Source of the DNA: Nannocystis bainbridge
Lineage (GTDB): Bacteria > Myxococcota_A > Polyangia > Nannocystales > Nannocystaceae
DNA: 64,000 bases
Direction of reading: 5' to 3'
Assembly: GCF_028368995.1 (NCBI RefSeq)
Contig: NZ_JAQNDL010000004.1
Coordinates: 640,001-704,000, forward strand
Shown one piece after another: positions 10,029-19,485 of this stretch. A program made the translations under genes and the position numbers. Below the pieces are notes generated by a model. That model was not told where the DNA came from. It saw only the letters and a program-made list of their open reading frames with translations, and did not search any database. Position 1 is the stretch's first letter, and every line of letters starts with the position of its first letter.

Positions 10029-11590
10029 GGGTCCTCGATGCAGTAGAGGGGGAAGGCGCCCGAACACGAGTTCGTGTCCGTCGAGTCGGTCCAGCCGGAG
10101 TCGATGGCGAGGGTAGAGCCGTACAGCCCCTTGTTCTGCCCGGAGTTGCTCGTCCAGAAACTGCAGTGGCTGTTGCCTGCGGGAGTCCCGTCGGCCTTGG
10201 TGTTGGTCCACGGGTTACTGTCCAGGAAAGCTCCGCTTTCCGTTATGTCGATGGGCTGGGAGAGAGTCCCGTCTGTGAGGCCGACCCAGCCGTTTTCGGC
10301 GACGGGAGTGCCGTCGACGAGGACGTACATCCCGACGTAGGTCGTATCCATGCGCATAGCGGGCCAGACTTCGTTCGTGGAGATCCAAGCCTTGAAGGTC
10401 ATGGGGTTCGCCAGGCCGGCGGTCATAGCTGCGGTCTGGCACCTGGCGTCGATGGCGCTCAGGAGGCCGAGGTTGCCCTGGTACGCTGTGCTGGTGACGA
10501 AGAGGACGCGGCGGGGTTTGAGGCAGGTGTTGGAGCAGGCGTCGGTGTCGACTTGGTTGCCGTCGTCGCACTCTTCTTCGTCGGTCCAGACGATGCTGTC
10601 GCCGCAGTCGGCGGGCTCGCAGGCGTTGGTGCAGGCGTCGGTGTCGATGTCGTTGCCGTCGTCGCACTGTTCTTCGTCGGTCCACAGGATGTCGTCGCCG
10701 CAGGTGGCGGGTTGGCAGGCGTTGGTGCAGGCGTCGGTGTCGATGTCGTTGCCGTCGTCGCAGGTCTCGCCGGGGCCGAGCTGGCCGTCGCCGCAGGCGC
10801 TGGCTTCGCATAGCTCGTTGCAGGGCTTGCCGGGGCCGTTGTCGGGGCCGTCGTCGCATTCCTCTTCGCCGGCCCAGACGATATTGTCGCCGCAGGTGGC
10901 GGGCTGGCAGGTGTCGAGGCAGGCGTCGGTGTTGTCGTCGTTGCCGTCGTCGCAGGCTTCGCCGGGCTCCTGGACGCCGTTGCCGCAGGCGGGCCCGGTG
11001 CAGTCGTCGGGGCAGGTGAGCATGGACTCGCCGGGGCCGCAGAGCCCGTCGCCGCAGACGCAGGCGGCGCCCTCGCAAGGCTCGCAGTCGCGGGGGCAGG
11101 TGGTGTCTTCGCCGGCCTGGCAGAGGCCATCGCCGCAGAGGTCGGTGCAGTCGTCGGGGCAGACGGCGGCGTTTTCGTGGCGGTCGCAGACGCTGTCGCC
11201 GCAGGTGCCGGGGTGGCAGTCGACGGGGCAGCGGGCGGGGTCCTCGGCAGGGGCGCAGAGGCCGTCGCGGCAGCCGGGGCCGGGGAAATCGCGGGGGCAG
11301 GTGTCCTGGGTCTCGCCGGGGTCCTGCTGACCGTCGCCGCAGGTGTCGAGGCAGGCGGTGACGAAGGTCCAGTTCTCGCGGGCGTCACAGACGGCGGCGG
11401 CGTCGCCCTCGCCGGTGGCGTCGGTCCAGAGGCAGTCGTCGGGGCAGGAGGTCTGGTTCTCGTCAGGGTCGCAGACGAAGTCGTGGTTGCACTGCCAGGA
11501 CGGATCGGTGGCGGCCAGGAACTCGCCGCGGAGGCAGCTCGTGCCGACGAGAGCGAGCGAGAAGGCGAAAAGGAGGTGCTGGCGCGCCAT
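10025..11590 (-). CDS. Paralogous DUF4215 + DUF1554-like lipoprotein
   Basis: MARQHLLFAFSLALVGTSC lipoprotein signal; same architecture as 8454-10028. Confidence 0.85.
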   Translation of the reverse strand: MARQHLLFAFSLALVGTSCLRGEFLAATDPSWQCNHDFVCDPDENQTSCPDDCLWTDATGEGDAAAVCDARENWTFVTACLDTCGDGQQDPGETQDTCPRDFPGPGCRDGLCAPAEDPARCPVDCHPGTCGDSVCDRHENAAVCPDDCTDLCGDGLCQAGEDTTCPRDCEPCEGAACVCGDGLCGPGESMLTCPDDCTGPACGNGVQEPGEACDDGNDDNTDACLDTCQPATCGDNIVWAGEEECDDGPDNGPGKPCNELCEASACGDGQLGPGETCDDGNDIDTDACTNACQPATCGDDILWTDEEQCDDGNDIDTDACTNACEPADCGDSIVWTDEEECDDGNQVDTDACSNTCLKPRRVLFVTSTAYQGNLGLLSAIDARCQTAAMTAGLANPMTFKAWISTNEVWPAMRMDTTYVGMYVLVDGTPVAENGWVGLTDGTLSQPIDITESGAFLDSNPWTNTKADGTPAGNSHCSFWTSNSGQNKGLYGSTLAIDSGWTDSTDTNSCSGAFPLYCIEDP

Positions 11591-11727
11591 CGCTGGATCG
11601 TATGCGAGGGATCCGCGAGGAGCAACGGCGCAAGGCGGCTGGGGGGCCACCAACGCCCGTTGGGGAGGGGGCCAACTGCGGTTGGGTGCTCGCGTTCGTC
11701 GGCGGTTTTCCGTAGACTCGCGGGTCC

Positions 11728-12942
11728 ATGGTCTGCGTCCTCGTGGCCGCTCTCCTGCTGCTGGCGCCCGCCGCCCCGACCGTCGGGCCGCCGGCCGCCG
11801 GCTCGAACGCGCCGTCGAGCGGCGAGGAGCGCCGGGGTCGCGCGCAGGCGGCGTTCGAGCACGGCCGCTTCGCCGAGGCGGCCATCGAGTACGAGTCGCT
11901 CTGGCGCGAAGGACATGGCGCTTCGGACCTGTTCAATGCGGCAGCTTCAAGGTTCGCGCTGCGTCACTACGCGCACGCGGTGGCGCACCTCGAGTCGCTG
12001 CTGGCGCTGTCGTCGTTGACGCCGGCGCAGCGCGAGGAGGCGGCCAACCTGGCGCAGATCGCCCGCGGCAAGACGACGGCGGTGGCGCTGGTGCTGCGAT
12101 CGCCGCGTCCGCTGGCGACGCCGGTGACGGTGACGCTGGCGGTGGTGTCGGCGTTCGCTTCGGATCAACGGCCGGACATCACGAGGACGATCGGGCCCGG
12201 CGACCGCGCGACGCTGGCGCTCGACGCGGGGGTGTGGCGCATCAGCGTCGACGATCCGCGCTTCGAGCCGGTGACGCTCGAGGTGCGGGTGGAGCCGACG
12301 CCGTCGACGACGCCGCAGGTGCTCGATCTGCGGGCCCGGCCCGACGCGCGCGGGCTGCGGCGGTTCGCGCTCGGCTGGGGAACCGCGGGCGCGGTCGGGG
12401 TGGTGGCGGGCGCGGGGCTGCTGGGGGCAGGGCAAGGGCGCTGGTCGTCGCGGCTGGACACGCCGATCGAGGAGTGCACGCCAGGCAACCCGGTCTATCC
12501 GATCGCGGCGTGCCGCGACGCGCTGGCGGGCGCCGGCAACCTGCGCACGGCCGGCGGCGGGGTGCTCGGGGTCGGCGTGGGCGCGCTGGTGGGCGGCTTG
12601 GTGGCGCTGGCTCCGACGCCGCGCGGACGAAAGATCGGGTGGACGGCGACGGCGGTGGTGGGCGGGCTCTCGGCCATCGGTGGGGCGGTCGCGCTCGGGC
12701 TCGGGGTGCAGCAATTTTCGGAGCGCAACGATCGCTCGGCGTGGACAGCGGAGGATCACCGGGCGCTCGGCGGGGCTGCGGCGACGCACACGGTCGGGGC
12801 GGTGTTCGTCGGCCTCGGCGGCGGGCTGCTGGCGAGCTCGGCGACGGGGCTGGTGCTCGAGCGCTCGGGTAAGTTCTTGGTGTCGGCGAGCCCGCAGATG
12901 CGCGTGGGCGGGGCGGGGCTGACGATTCAGGGGCGGTTCTAG
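11728..12942 (+). CDS. Exported TPR-like/PEGA-like membrane protein (myxobacterial type)
   Basis: Signal peptide; TPR-like AQAAFEHGRFAEAAIEYE..LFNAA; beta-rich middle; Gly/Ala-rich hydrophobic hairpins; C-terminal GLTIQGRF. Confidence 0.7.
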   Translation: MVCVLVAALLLLAPAAPTVGPPAAGSNAPSSGEERRGRAQAAFEHGRFAEAAIEYESLWREGHGASDLFNAAASRFALRHYAHAVAHLESLLALSSLTPAQREEAANLAQIARGKTTAVALVLRSPRPLATPVTVTLAVVSAFASDQRPDITRTIGPGDRATLALDAGVWRISVDDPRFEPVTLEVRVEPTPSTTPQVLDLRARPDARGLRRFALGWGTAGAVGVVAGAGLLGAGQGRWSSRLDTPIEECTPGNPVYPIAACRDALAGAGNLRTAGGGVLGVGVGALVGGLVALAPTPRGRKIGWTATAVVGGLSAIGGAVALGLGVQQFSERNDRSAWTAEDHRALGGAAATHTVGAVFVGLGGGLLASSATGLVLERSGKFLVSASPQMRVGGAGLTIQGRF

Positions 12943-12994
12943 GCGTCGCGTCGTTCGCTCGAGTTCCGCGGTCGATCGAGGCAGTCGGCGTCAC

Positions 12995-13225
12995 GCATGG
13001 CGGCGCAGGGATCGAGGTCGATCGAACACAAGTGGATCGGCGCCGGCGACTCGATGAAGCGGTAGCATGCCTCGCGGCGCGGGGGTCGAGGTCGATCGAA
13101 CACGGGCGGAGCGGCGCCGACAACTCGATGAGGCGGCAGCACGCGTCGCGGCGCGGGGGTCGAGGTCGACGAACACGGGCGGAGCGGCGCCGACAACTCG
13201 GTGAACCGGCAGCACGCGTCGCGGG
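12995..13225. repeat. Degenerate ~74-bp tandem repeat, about 3 copies, between convergent genes
   Basis: TCGAGGTCGA(T)CGAACAC at 13012, 13086 and 13160; the sequence between them is also conserved (GGCGCCG.C.ACTCG.TGA..CGG.AGCA). Confidence 0.8.
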
Positions 13226-13290
13226 GAGCGTGGTGCTTCGAACAAGCTCGCGGCTCCGCGGCCAGCTCAGCCAGGATGGGTGGAGATGCG

Positions 13291-14520
13291 TCAGTGCGGC
13301 CAGATCTTCGCGGGCACGCAGACGTCGCGCTCGCCCTCACCGCGACGGCATTGCAGGCCCGGCTCGCAGGCGCAGTCGCGGCAACAGGTCTCGGTGGTTT
13401 CGTCCGGGTCGCAGCGGCCGTCGCCGCAGCGTGGATCCGGCGGAGCGACCGGGGTCTCGGTGCGCTGCCACAGGGTCAAGCAGCGGCCCTCGGCGTCGCA
13501 GCGCGAGCAGGAGGACGGGCACGGCGGAGGGCGTGCGGCCGGAGGTTTGCCTGCGGCCGTGAGGGGCGCGGCGACGTCGCTCGGACTGGCCACGGCGACT
13601 TCGGTGGGTCCGGTGACGGGGCGTTCGCTCGGGGTCGCGGCTTCGGCCGGAGTGCCGCAGTCGTCCTCGCAGCGGCCGACCTCGCCGTTCTCGCAGCGGC
13701 CGTTGCCGCACCACACCTGGCGGCAGCGCGGGTCACCGTCGTGGAGCTCGTCGCGGAAGGTGTCGAGCCACGCCTCGAGCTCCTTGAGCTCCGCGGGGCT
13801 GGGCACGCCGATCCGGGCCCAGCGGACGCGCCGGTTGCAGTCGAGCGCGAGGGTGACGGGCAGGGTGCCCTGGTAGAGGCGGCGCGAGTCGTCACGCAGA
13901 GCGGCGACGAAGCTGTCGGCGAGCGAGCGATCGGCCAGCTGGATGGCGCTGGAGGGCATGAGCGGGCCCCAGGTGCGGATGGCGTCCTCGGGGGCGGTGG
14001 GGTCGAGGACCTGGATCGGGAGGAAACGGACGGCGTCGCCCCAGCTGTCACCACGCTCGGCGAACAGCTGGCGCAGATCGGGGAGGACCTCCTTGCAGGC
14101 GGTGCACCAAGGGGCCCACAGGCTGAGGACGTGCACGGCCCGCGGCGACAGCACGTCGGCGGCGCCGAACCGCACGGTGCCGGCAGGAGCGCCGTGGCGG
14201 ACCCGCTCGAGCCGCAGACGCATCAACGGGGCGACGTCGACGCCGGCGGCCACGTAGGCGCCCGAACCGAGAGCGGCGCTCGGCGGGGGCGGGGCGGGCT
14301 CGATCTCGCGGAGAGGCTCGGAGGAGGTGGTGACGCGAGGCTTGCACGCGGCGGCTCGCTCGCGCAGCTCGGCCAGCGCCTCGGTCTGGGCGGCGAGGCG
14401 CCAGGTCAGCACCAGGGTGAGGCCGGACAGCAGCGCGACGGAGGCCAGGAGCACGAAGGCGGCCCCGATCCACGCGCGCGGGGCCTCCGGGTCGGGGGTC
14501 GGCAGCGGGGTGGTCTTCAC
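13291..14520 (-). CDS. Membrane-anchored TlpA/ResA-like thioredoxin with Cys-rich C-terminal region
   Basis: TM helix; WAPWCTAC active site; cis-Pro-like TLPVTL; C-terminal CGNGRCE/CGDGRCD repeats. Confidence 0.8.
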   Translation of the reverse strand: MKTTPLPTPDPEAPRAWIGAAFVLLASVALLSGLTLVLTWRLAAQTEALAELRERAAACKPRVTTSSEPLREIEPAPPPPSAALGSGAYVAAGVDVAPLMRLRLERVRHGAPAGTVRFGAADVLSPRAVHVLSLWAPWCTACKEVLPDLRQLFAERGDSWGDAVRFLPIQVLDPTAPEDAIRTWGPLMPSSAIQLADRSLADSFVAALRDDSRRLYQGTLPVTLALDCNRRVRWARIGVPSPAELKELEAWLDTFRDELHDGDPRCRQVWCGNGRCENGEVGRCEDDCGTPAEAATPSERPVTGPTEVAVASPSDVAAPLTAAGKPPAARPPPCPSSCSRCDAEGRCLTLWQRTETPVAPPDPRCGDGRCDPDETTETCCRDCACEPGLQCRRGEGERDVCVPAKIWPH

Positions 14521-14533
14521 GCCGGGCCTCGGT

Positions 14534-14692
14534 TCACTCCGGCGCCTCGCAGCAGGTGCAGGCGTCTAGCGTTTGGGACATGTCTCTTCGCACCTGTACG
14601 AAGCGCCAGATGCCGATCGCGGCCGCGGCGACCGCGACCGTCGCGGCCAGGCTGGCGGCGAGCAGCAGGCGGCGGGCGGTGGCGGGCTTCAT
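14534..14692 (-). CDS. Small membrane peptide (52 aa) ending ..DACTCCEAPE
   Basis: ATG overlaps the upstream TGA (ATGA); one hydrophobic helix; fills the gap between two co-oriented genes. Confidence 0.5.
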   Translation of the reverse strand: MKPATARRLLLAASLAATVAVAAAAIGIWRFVQVRRDMSQTLDACTCCEAPE

Positions 14693-15708
14693 CGGCCGGG
14701 GTCCTTCGCGCCGGTGCACGGGACCGGGATGACCAGGACCACGCGGTTGACGTCGCGCTCGAGCGTGCGGCGGGCGGGCACGGGTTCGCCGGCGCGCACG
14801 GCCGCGAAGGCGGCGGCGAGGCGCTCGCTGTCGGCGCGGGTGGCGGCGATCGGGGGCTGGGCGCCGGCGTAGTTGCGCACGAACGCCTCGAGCGCGACGG
14901 GCCGCTCGCTCGGGGCGCCCCAACCGATGAGCATCGGGCCCTGGCCGCGCTCGCTCGGCTTGTCGCGGCCGAGGGCCTGGTCGATGAGGCGCTCGACGGC
15001 GTTGATCCGCCGCAGCGCCAGCGCGTGGTCGTCGGTCGGGTTGCCGTCGGGGCTCGATCGGCCGATGACGAACAGCATCTTGGCGTCGCGCAGGGCCTTG
15101 GCGTGGCGCGCGAGCTCGCCGACGAGGTGGGCGCGGGCGGCAGGATCGGGCCAGGGCTGGCGCGCGCGCGGCTCGCCCGAGGGGAAGTAGACGGTGAGGC
15201 GATCGGGGAAGGCGGCGAGCAGGGCGTTCATCTCCTCGTCGTCGGCGAGCAGGGCCCGCCACTCGTCGGCGCTGCAGCCCCCGCCGCCCTCGACCTGGTC
15301 CTGCACGCTGGTGCGCCGCTGCAGGCACGCCTGCGTCAGCCGCGAGACGGCCGCCTCGACCGCGGGCGAGCCGCAGGTCGGGGCCGGGGCCTCGGGTTCG
15401 CCGCGCGGGCGGCAGCGCAGGTCGGCGCCGCACTGCAGGCCGACGTCGCACGGGCAGTCGCGGCACTGCTCGCCGCGCTGCGCGACCGGGGGCTCCTCGT
15501 GCGGGGTGCACTCGCCGTGCACGCACCAGTGGCCGTCAGGGCACTGCTCCTCGTCGGGCCGGCGCGGGTCGCAGCGCTGCTCGCTGGCGCCTTCGACGGC
15601 GGTGGACGGGATGGAGACCACCGCCCAGGCCACGAATACGACCATCGCCCAGACGCCGGTCGTCAGGGCGATCAAGGTCACGGTGAGCCGATCGAGCGTC
15701 ATCGCCAT
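14689..15708 (-). CDS. Membrane-anchored Cys-rich protein with OmpA-C-like (peptidoglycan-binding) domain
   Basis: N-terminal TM; Cys-rich segment; IGRSSPDGNPTDDHALALRRINAV and final NRVVLV resemble the OmpA C-terminal signature. Confidence 0.65.
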   Translation of the reverse strand: MAMTLDRLTVTLIALTTGVWAMVVFVAWAVVSIPSTAVEGASEQRCDPRRPDEEQCPDGHWCVHGECTPHEEPPVAQRGEQCRDCPCDVGLQCGADLRCRPRGEPEAPAPTCGSPAVEAAVSRLTQACLQRRTSVQDQVEGGGGCSADEWRALLADDEEMNALLAAFPDRLTVYFPSGEPRARQPWPDPAARAHLVGELARHAKALRDAKMLFVIGRSSPDGNPTDDHALALRRINAVERLIDQALGRDKPSERGQGPMLIGWGAPSERPVALEAFVRNYAGAQPPIAATRADSERLAAAFAAVRAGEPVPARRTLERDVNRVVLVIPVPCTGAKDPGR

Positions 15709-15798
15709 GAGAGTCTCACTCCGCGCCGCCGGGCTCGCAGACGACGCCGGCCGACCGGGCGATCGAGGTGATAAGGGATCGATGGATCGTCATCGACA

Positions 15799-17064
15799 TC
15801 ACTCGGCGGCCGGGGCTTCGACCAGCTTGAGGATCTTGCCGGCGCTGGTGGCCGGCATGGCCTCGCCCAGGCGCAGCTCGCCGGCCTCGATCGGGACCAC
15901 GAAGGCCTGCGGCACGCCGACCCGGCCGCCGCGCGCCTTGACCCACGCGAGCAAGTAGCGCTGCTGGGCGGCGAGGGTGGCCGCGGCGTCCTCGCCGTCG
16001 ATGCAGGTGCGCAGGCGGCCGCCGGGGCCGAGCACGTCGGCGACGTCGCCGAGCGCCCGCTCGACCTTGTCGGTGGTGAAGCGCGGGGCCTCGGTGTCCT
16101 GCAGGTCGAACAGCGCGGCCAGGCCGTCGAGCCCGCGCCCGGGGGCCAGCCGCTCGACGCACAGGGCCGCCAGGGCGGCGAGGCAGGCGTTGTTGCTGCG
16201 CGCGTCGCCGTGGGTCTGCGGCTTGCCGTCGCCGTCGACGAACTCGTGCGACGGCAGGTAGCGCTCGTCGCAGACGGCGCGCGGGAACATGTAGACCCAC
16301 AGCTCGGCCCCGTGGGCGCGCAGCCGCGGCAGCGACTGCTGCAGGAAGTGGAGCTCGCGCCGGCACAGCGGGCAGGTCGGATCGACGAACAACATCACCG
16401 CGAGGCGCGGGTCGTCGACGGTGGCGGCGAGCGTGACCGGCGGCGGATCGGGCGGCGGCGGCGGGCAGGTCACCGAGCGCGCGGCGAGTTGATAGGCGAG
16501 GGCGAGGCCGCCGGTGGTCAGCGCCCACACCAGCGCGGCCCGCACGGCGCCGACCTTGGCATGTCCCTCGGGACAGGTCGGCGCGGCGCCGCGGACCAGC
16601 AGCGCGCCGACGAGGGCGACGGTGTAGGTGGCGTAGAGGCCGACGCACAGCGGGCACATGTGCGCGAAGCTCGTGAACGCGTGCACGCCGAGCGCCAGCG
16701 ACACCGCGAACCCGAACACGCCGAGGCCGAGCAGCCCGCGCGCGGCGACCTCGGCCAGCGGCCCGCGCCGGCGCAGCACCGCGACCGCTAGCCACATGGT
16801 CGTGAAGACATGTCCGATCGACCAGATGGCGAGCGGCAGCCCGAGCACCTGCGACCAGCCGCTGGCCAGCGCCTCGGCGCAGGCCGGGCCGTCGTCGCCG
16901 CCGGGGCAGCCGCTGGCGTCGCACAGGTGGTCGGCGCCGAACTTGAGCCGCACCAGCCAGGCGCTGACGAACAGGCCGGCGAGCCCGGAGGCGAGCGTCA
17001 ACCACGCGCCGGCGCGGACCCGCGGCGCGAGCTCGGACGGGGTGGCGATCGTCGGCTCCGTCAC
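15799..17064 (-). CDS. VKOR-DsbA/thioredoxin fusion (disulfide bond formation)
   Basis: GTG overlapping the kinase stop; VKOR loop cysteines, S.WSQVLGLPLA and TM CPLC; C-terminal FVDPTCPLC and GVP cis-Pro loop. Confidence 0.85.
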   Translation of the reverse strand: MTEPTIATPSELAPRVRAGAWLTLASGLAGLFVSAWLVRLKFGADHLCDASGCPGGDDGPACAEALASGWSQVLGLPLAIWSIGHVFTTMWLAVAVLRRRGPLAEVAARGLLGLGVFGFAVSLALGVHAFTSFAHMCPLCVGLYATYTVALVGALLVRGAAPTCPEGHAKVGAVRAALVWALTTGGLALAYQLAARSVTCPPPPPDPPPVTLAATVDDPRLAVMLFVDPTCPLCRRELHFLQQSLPRLRAHGAELWVYMFPRAVCDERYLPSHEFVDGDGKPQTHGDARSNNACLAALAALCVERLAPGRGLDGLAALFDLQDTEAPRFTTDKVERALGDVADVLGPGGRLRTCIDGEDAAATLAAQQRYLLAWVKARGGRVGVPQAFVVPIEAGELRLGEAMPATSAGKILKLVEAPAAE

Positions 17065-18737
17065 TTGCCCCCCACGGGCAAGAGGTCGTCGTCCATCGCG
17101 TCCTTGCTCGCCTTCTTCTTGGCCGCCGGCTTGGCGGTCGGTTTGGCCGCGTCCCTGGCCCGGAACGCGTAATCGAGCTCGCCGCCGCCGTCGCTCGCGG
17201 GGAACACCACGCCGTCGAGCTGGGCGGCGATGCACTGGCGAAACGAAGCCGGGGTCGCCTGGACGTCGGCTACCGCACCGTCGGGGGCCACGTGCAGGGT
17301 GAAGCGCAGGCGGTCCGCGCCCGGAGCGGCGCACACGCGCAGGTCGGTCCGCAGGCCGTCGAGCTGGGCCTCGATCTTGCGGGCCGAGAACGGCCGCGGC
17401 GGCGTGGGTGCGGCGATCTCGGCCGGCAGCGGTGTAGCGACGGGCGGCGCCGCCTTCATGGGCGCCGCATCACTCGGTGGCGAATCACTCGGTGGCGGAT
17501 CACGCGGTGCTTCGACGGGGGCAGGCTTGTGCGCGGCCTTCGTCGTCGGCGCCGCGGCGGCAGCGGACCTGGCCTTCGGGTCATGCGACGCGTGGGTCGG
17601 CATCGGTCGCACCGTCACCAGCGGCACCCGGCCCGAGCCGCCGCGCGCGGGCCTGGTGACCGGGGCCAGCGACCACGCGCCGCCGAACAGCGCCGCGGCC
17701 AGGGCCGCCGTGATCGCGGCCTCGCGACGCCAGCTCGGCCCGCTCGTCGGCCCCGGCCGCACCGCCGCCTCGCGCAGCGCCGAGCCGCTCGGCGGGACCG
17801 CGCGCGGCTCCTCGAGCGCCAGCCGCAGCGCCGCGGTGACCTCCTCGACCGAGCGGAACCGCCGCGACGGGTCGCGCTCGAACGCCTGCATGACCGCGGC
17901 CTCGACCGTCACCGGCACCTGGCCGCGCACGTGATCGTGGAGCGGCCGCGGCGTCTCGTGCATCTGCGCGTAGGTGATGTCGCCGGCGCTGCCGGGCTGC
18001 CACGGCAGGCGCCCGGTCATGAGCTTGTAGAGCGTGACGCCGAGGCCGTACACGTCGGTCGTCGGCGACGCCCGCGACTCGCCGGCCAGCAGCTCGGGCG
18101 CGACGTAGCCGGGCGTGCCGAGCACCAGGCCGAGGCCGGTCTGCTCGCCGCTGGCGTCGAGGTCCTTGGCGATGCCGAAATCGATCAGCTTGACGAGATC
18201 GTCGCCGGCGTCGCCGCCCTCGACGAGGAAGCAGTTCGACGGCTTGACGTCGCGGTGGATGATGTTGCGGGCGTGGGCGGCGGCCAGCGCCTCGCACAGC
18301 TGCAGCCCGACCCCGGCCGCGCGGCGCCACGGCAGCGGGCCCTCGCGCGTGAGCAGCTGGTCGAGGTCGCGGCCGCGCAGGAACTCCATCACGAAGTAGA
18401 TCTCGTTCTCCGGCGTCGTGCCGACCAGGAAGGCCCGCGGCACGTGGCGACTCTCGATCTCCGCCATCGTCCGCGCCTCGCGTTGGCAGCGGCGGCCCAT
18501 GTCGGGGTCGGCCGTGAAGCGGCGGTCGAGGAACTTGATCGCGTACTCCATGCCCGACTGGCGATCGACGGCGCGGTAGACCGCCGCCATGCCGCCCTTG
18601 CCGAGGCGCTCCATGATCCGGTAGCGATCGGCGAGGAGGATGCCGACGCGCGTGTCGGCCGGCGGCGCGTGCATCGTCGAGGTCTCGTGCGTCTCGGCCC
18701 GCTCCGCCTCGCCGAGCTCCTCCTCGGTGAACTTCAC
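17061..18737 (-). CDS. Eukaryotic-like Ser/Thr protein kinase with TM and Pro-rich extracytoplasmic tail
   Basis: LGKGGMAAVY, AIK, HRDVKPSN, DFG, GTPGYVAPE and DVYGLG motifs. Confidence 0.95.
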   Translation of the reverse strand: MKFTEEELGEAERAETHETSTMHAPPADTRVGILLADRYRIMERLGKGGMAAVYRAVDRQSGMEYAIKFLDRRFTADPDMGRRCQREARTMAEIESRHVPRAFLVGTTPENEIYFVMEFLRGRDLDQLLTREGPLPWRRAAGVGLQLCEALAAAHARNIIHRDVKPSNCFLVEGGDAGDDLVKLIDFGIAKDLDASGEQTGLGLVLGTPGYVAPELLAGESRASPTTDVYGLGVTLYKLMTGRLPWQPGSAGDITYAQMHETPRPLHDHVRGQVPVTVEAAVMQAFERDPSRRFRSVEEVTAALRLALEEPRAVPPSGSALREAAVRPGPTSGPSWRREAAITAALAAALFGGAWSLAPVTRPARGGSGRVPLVTVRPMPTHASHDPKARSAAAAAPTTKAAHKPAPVEAPRDPPPSDSPPSDAAPMKAAPPVATPLPAEIAAPTPPRPFSARKIEAQLDGLRTDLRVCAAPGADRLRFTLHVAPDGAVADVQATPASFRQCIAAQLDGVVFPASDGGGELDYAFRARDAAKPTAKPAAKKKASKDAMDDDLLPVGGK

Positions 18738-19485
18738 GCCGCGAGGCTAGCCGCGGCGCAGGCCCCGGTAAAGTGGGCCGCGCGGCCGCGAGGGCACCCG
18801 GCGCCGACCGCGGGCACGGGCCCGGCCGGCCGCGCGGCGCCGACGGGGTGAGAGGACCGCGCAGAGCTGCGTGCCTCATCCGAGGCAGCCAGGCCCCGAC
18901 GGTCGCGCGCCTCCGCGCGACTTCCGCGGTGCCCGCGAGACGCGTGGGCGACCGCGGCTTCGGGGGTCGGTCGCGGACGTGGTCGATCGGACATGTCCGA
19001 AAGACCATGCGCGTCGAAGCCCCTCGCGCCCCGGCGAATCGCGCCGTCTTCGACGGTGATGCTGCCCGCCGTCGGCTGATACACGCTGACGATGGGCGAG
19101 CAACGAGGCGAGGACGAGGGCAGCGCGGGTCATGACGGCCAACCTACGCCTGCACACGGGTCCGGCCAGTTCGACTTCTTCGCCGCCTGCGGCTACTTCT
19201 GGCCCGAGAACGACAGCGGCTGCGATACGCCGGGGCTGGTGGCCGGGGCCGAGGCGGCGACCGGGCTGAGCCTCACCACGTTCGCGGGCTGCTACGAGGC
19301 CAGCAGCTTCTCGCTCGATTGATGAGCCGGCGGTGCTTGCGCGTGATGAATGCGAGCACCGCCGAGATCGATGAATTCGCGGCCTCCACCGCCGCTCGCG
19401 CGACGCGTCGCGGCGGCGCCCGGCACAGCCCGGTTGCGGCGCCGGCGTAATGGCGCATGCCTGGCCGCGAACCGGACGACGCATC

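Noticed and set aside
8454-10500. Diversity-generating retroelement acting on the lectin-like heads
   Set aside because: No reverse transcriptase or template repeat in the window, and the differences between heads are not adenine-specific.
12995-13225. CRISPR array interpretation of the 74-bp repeat
   Set aside because: The whole unit is repeated, with no unique spacers and no cas genes.
19092-19322. 76-aa ORF
   Set aside because: Only the 3' half looks coding and there is no recognisable family; probably a gene remnant.
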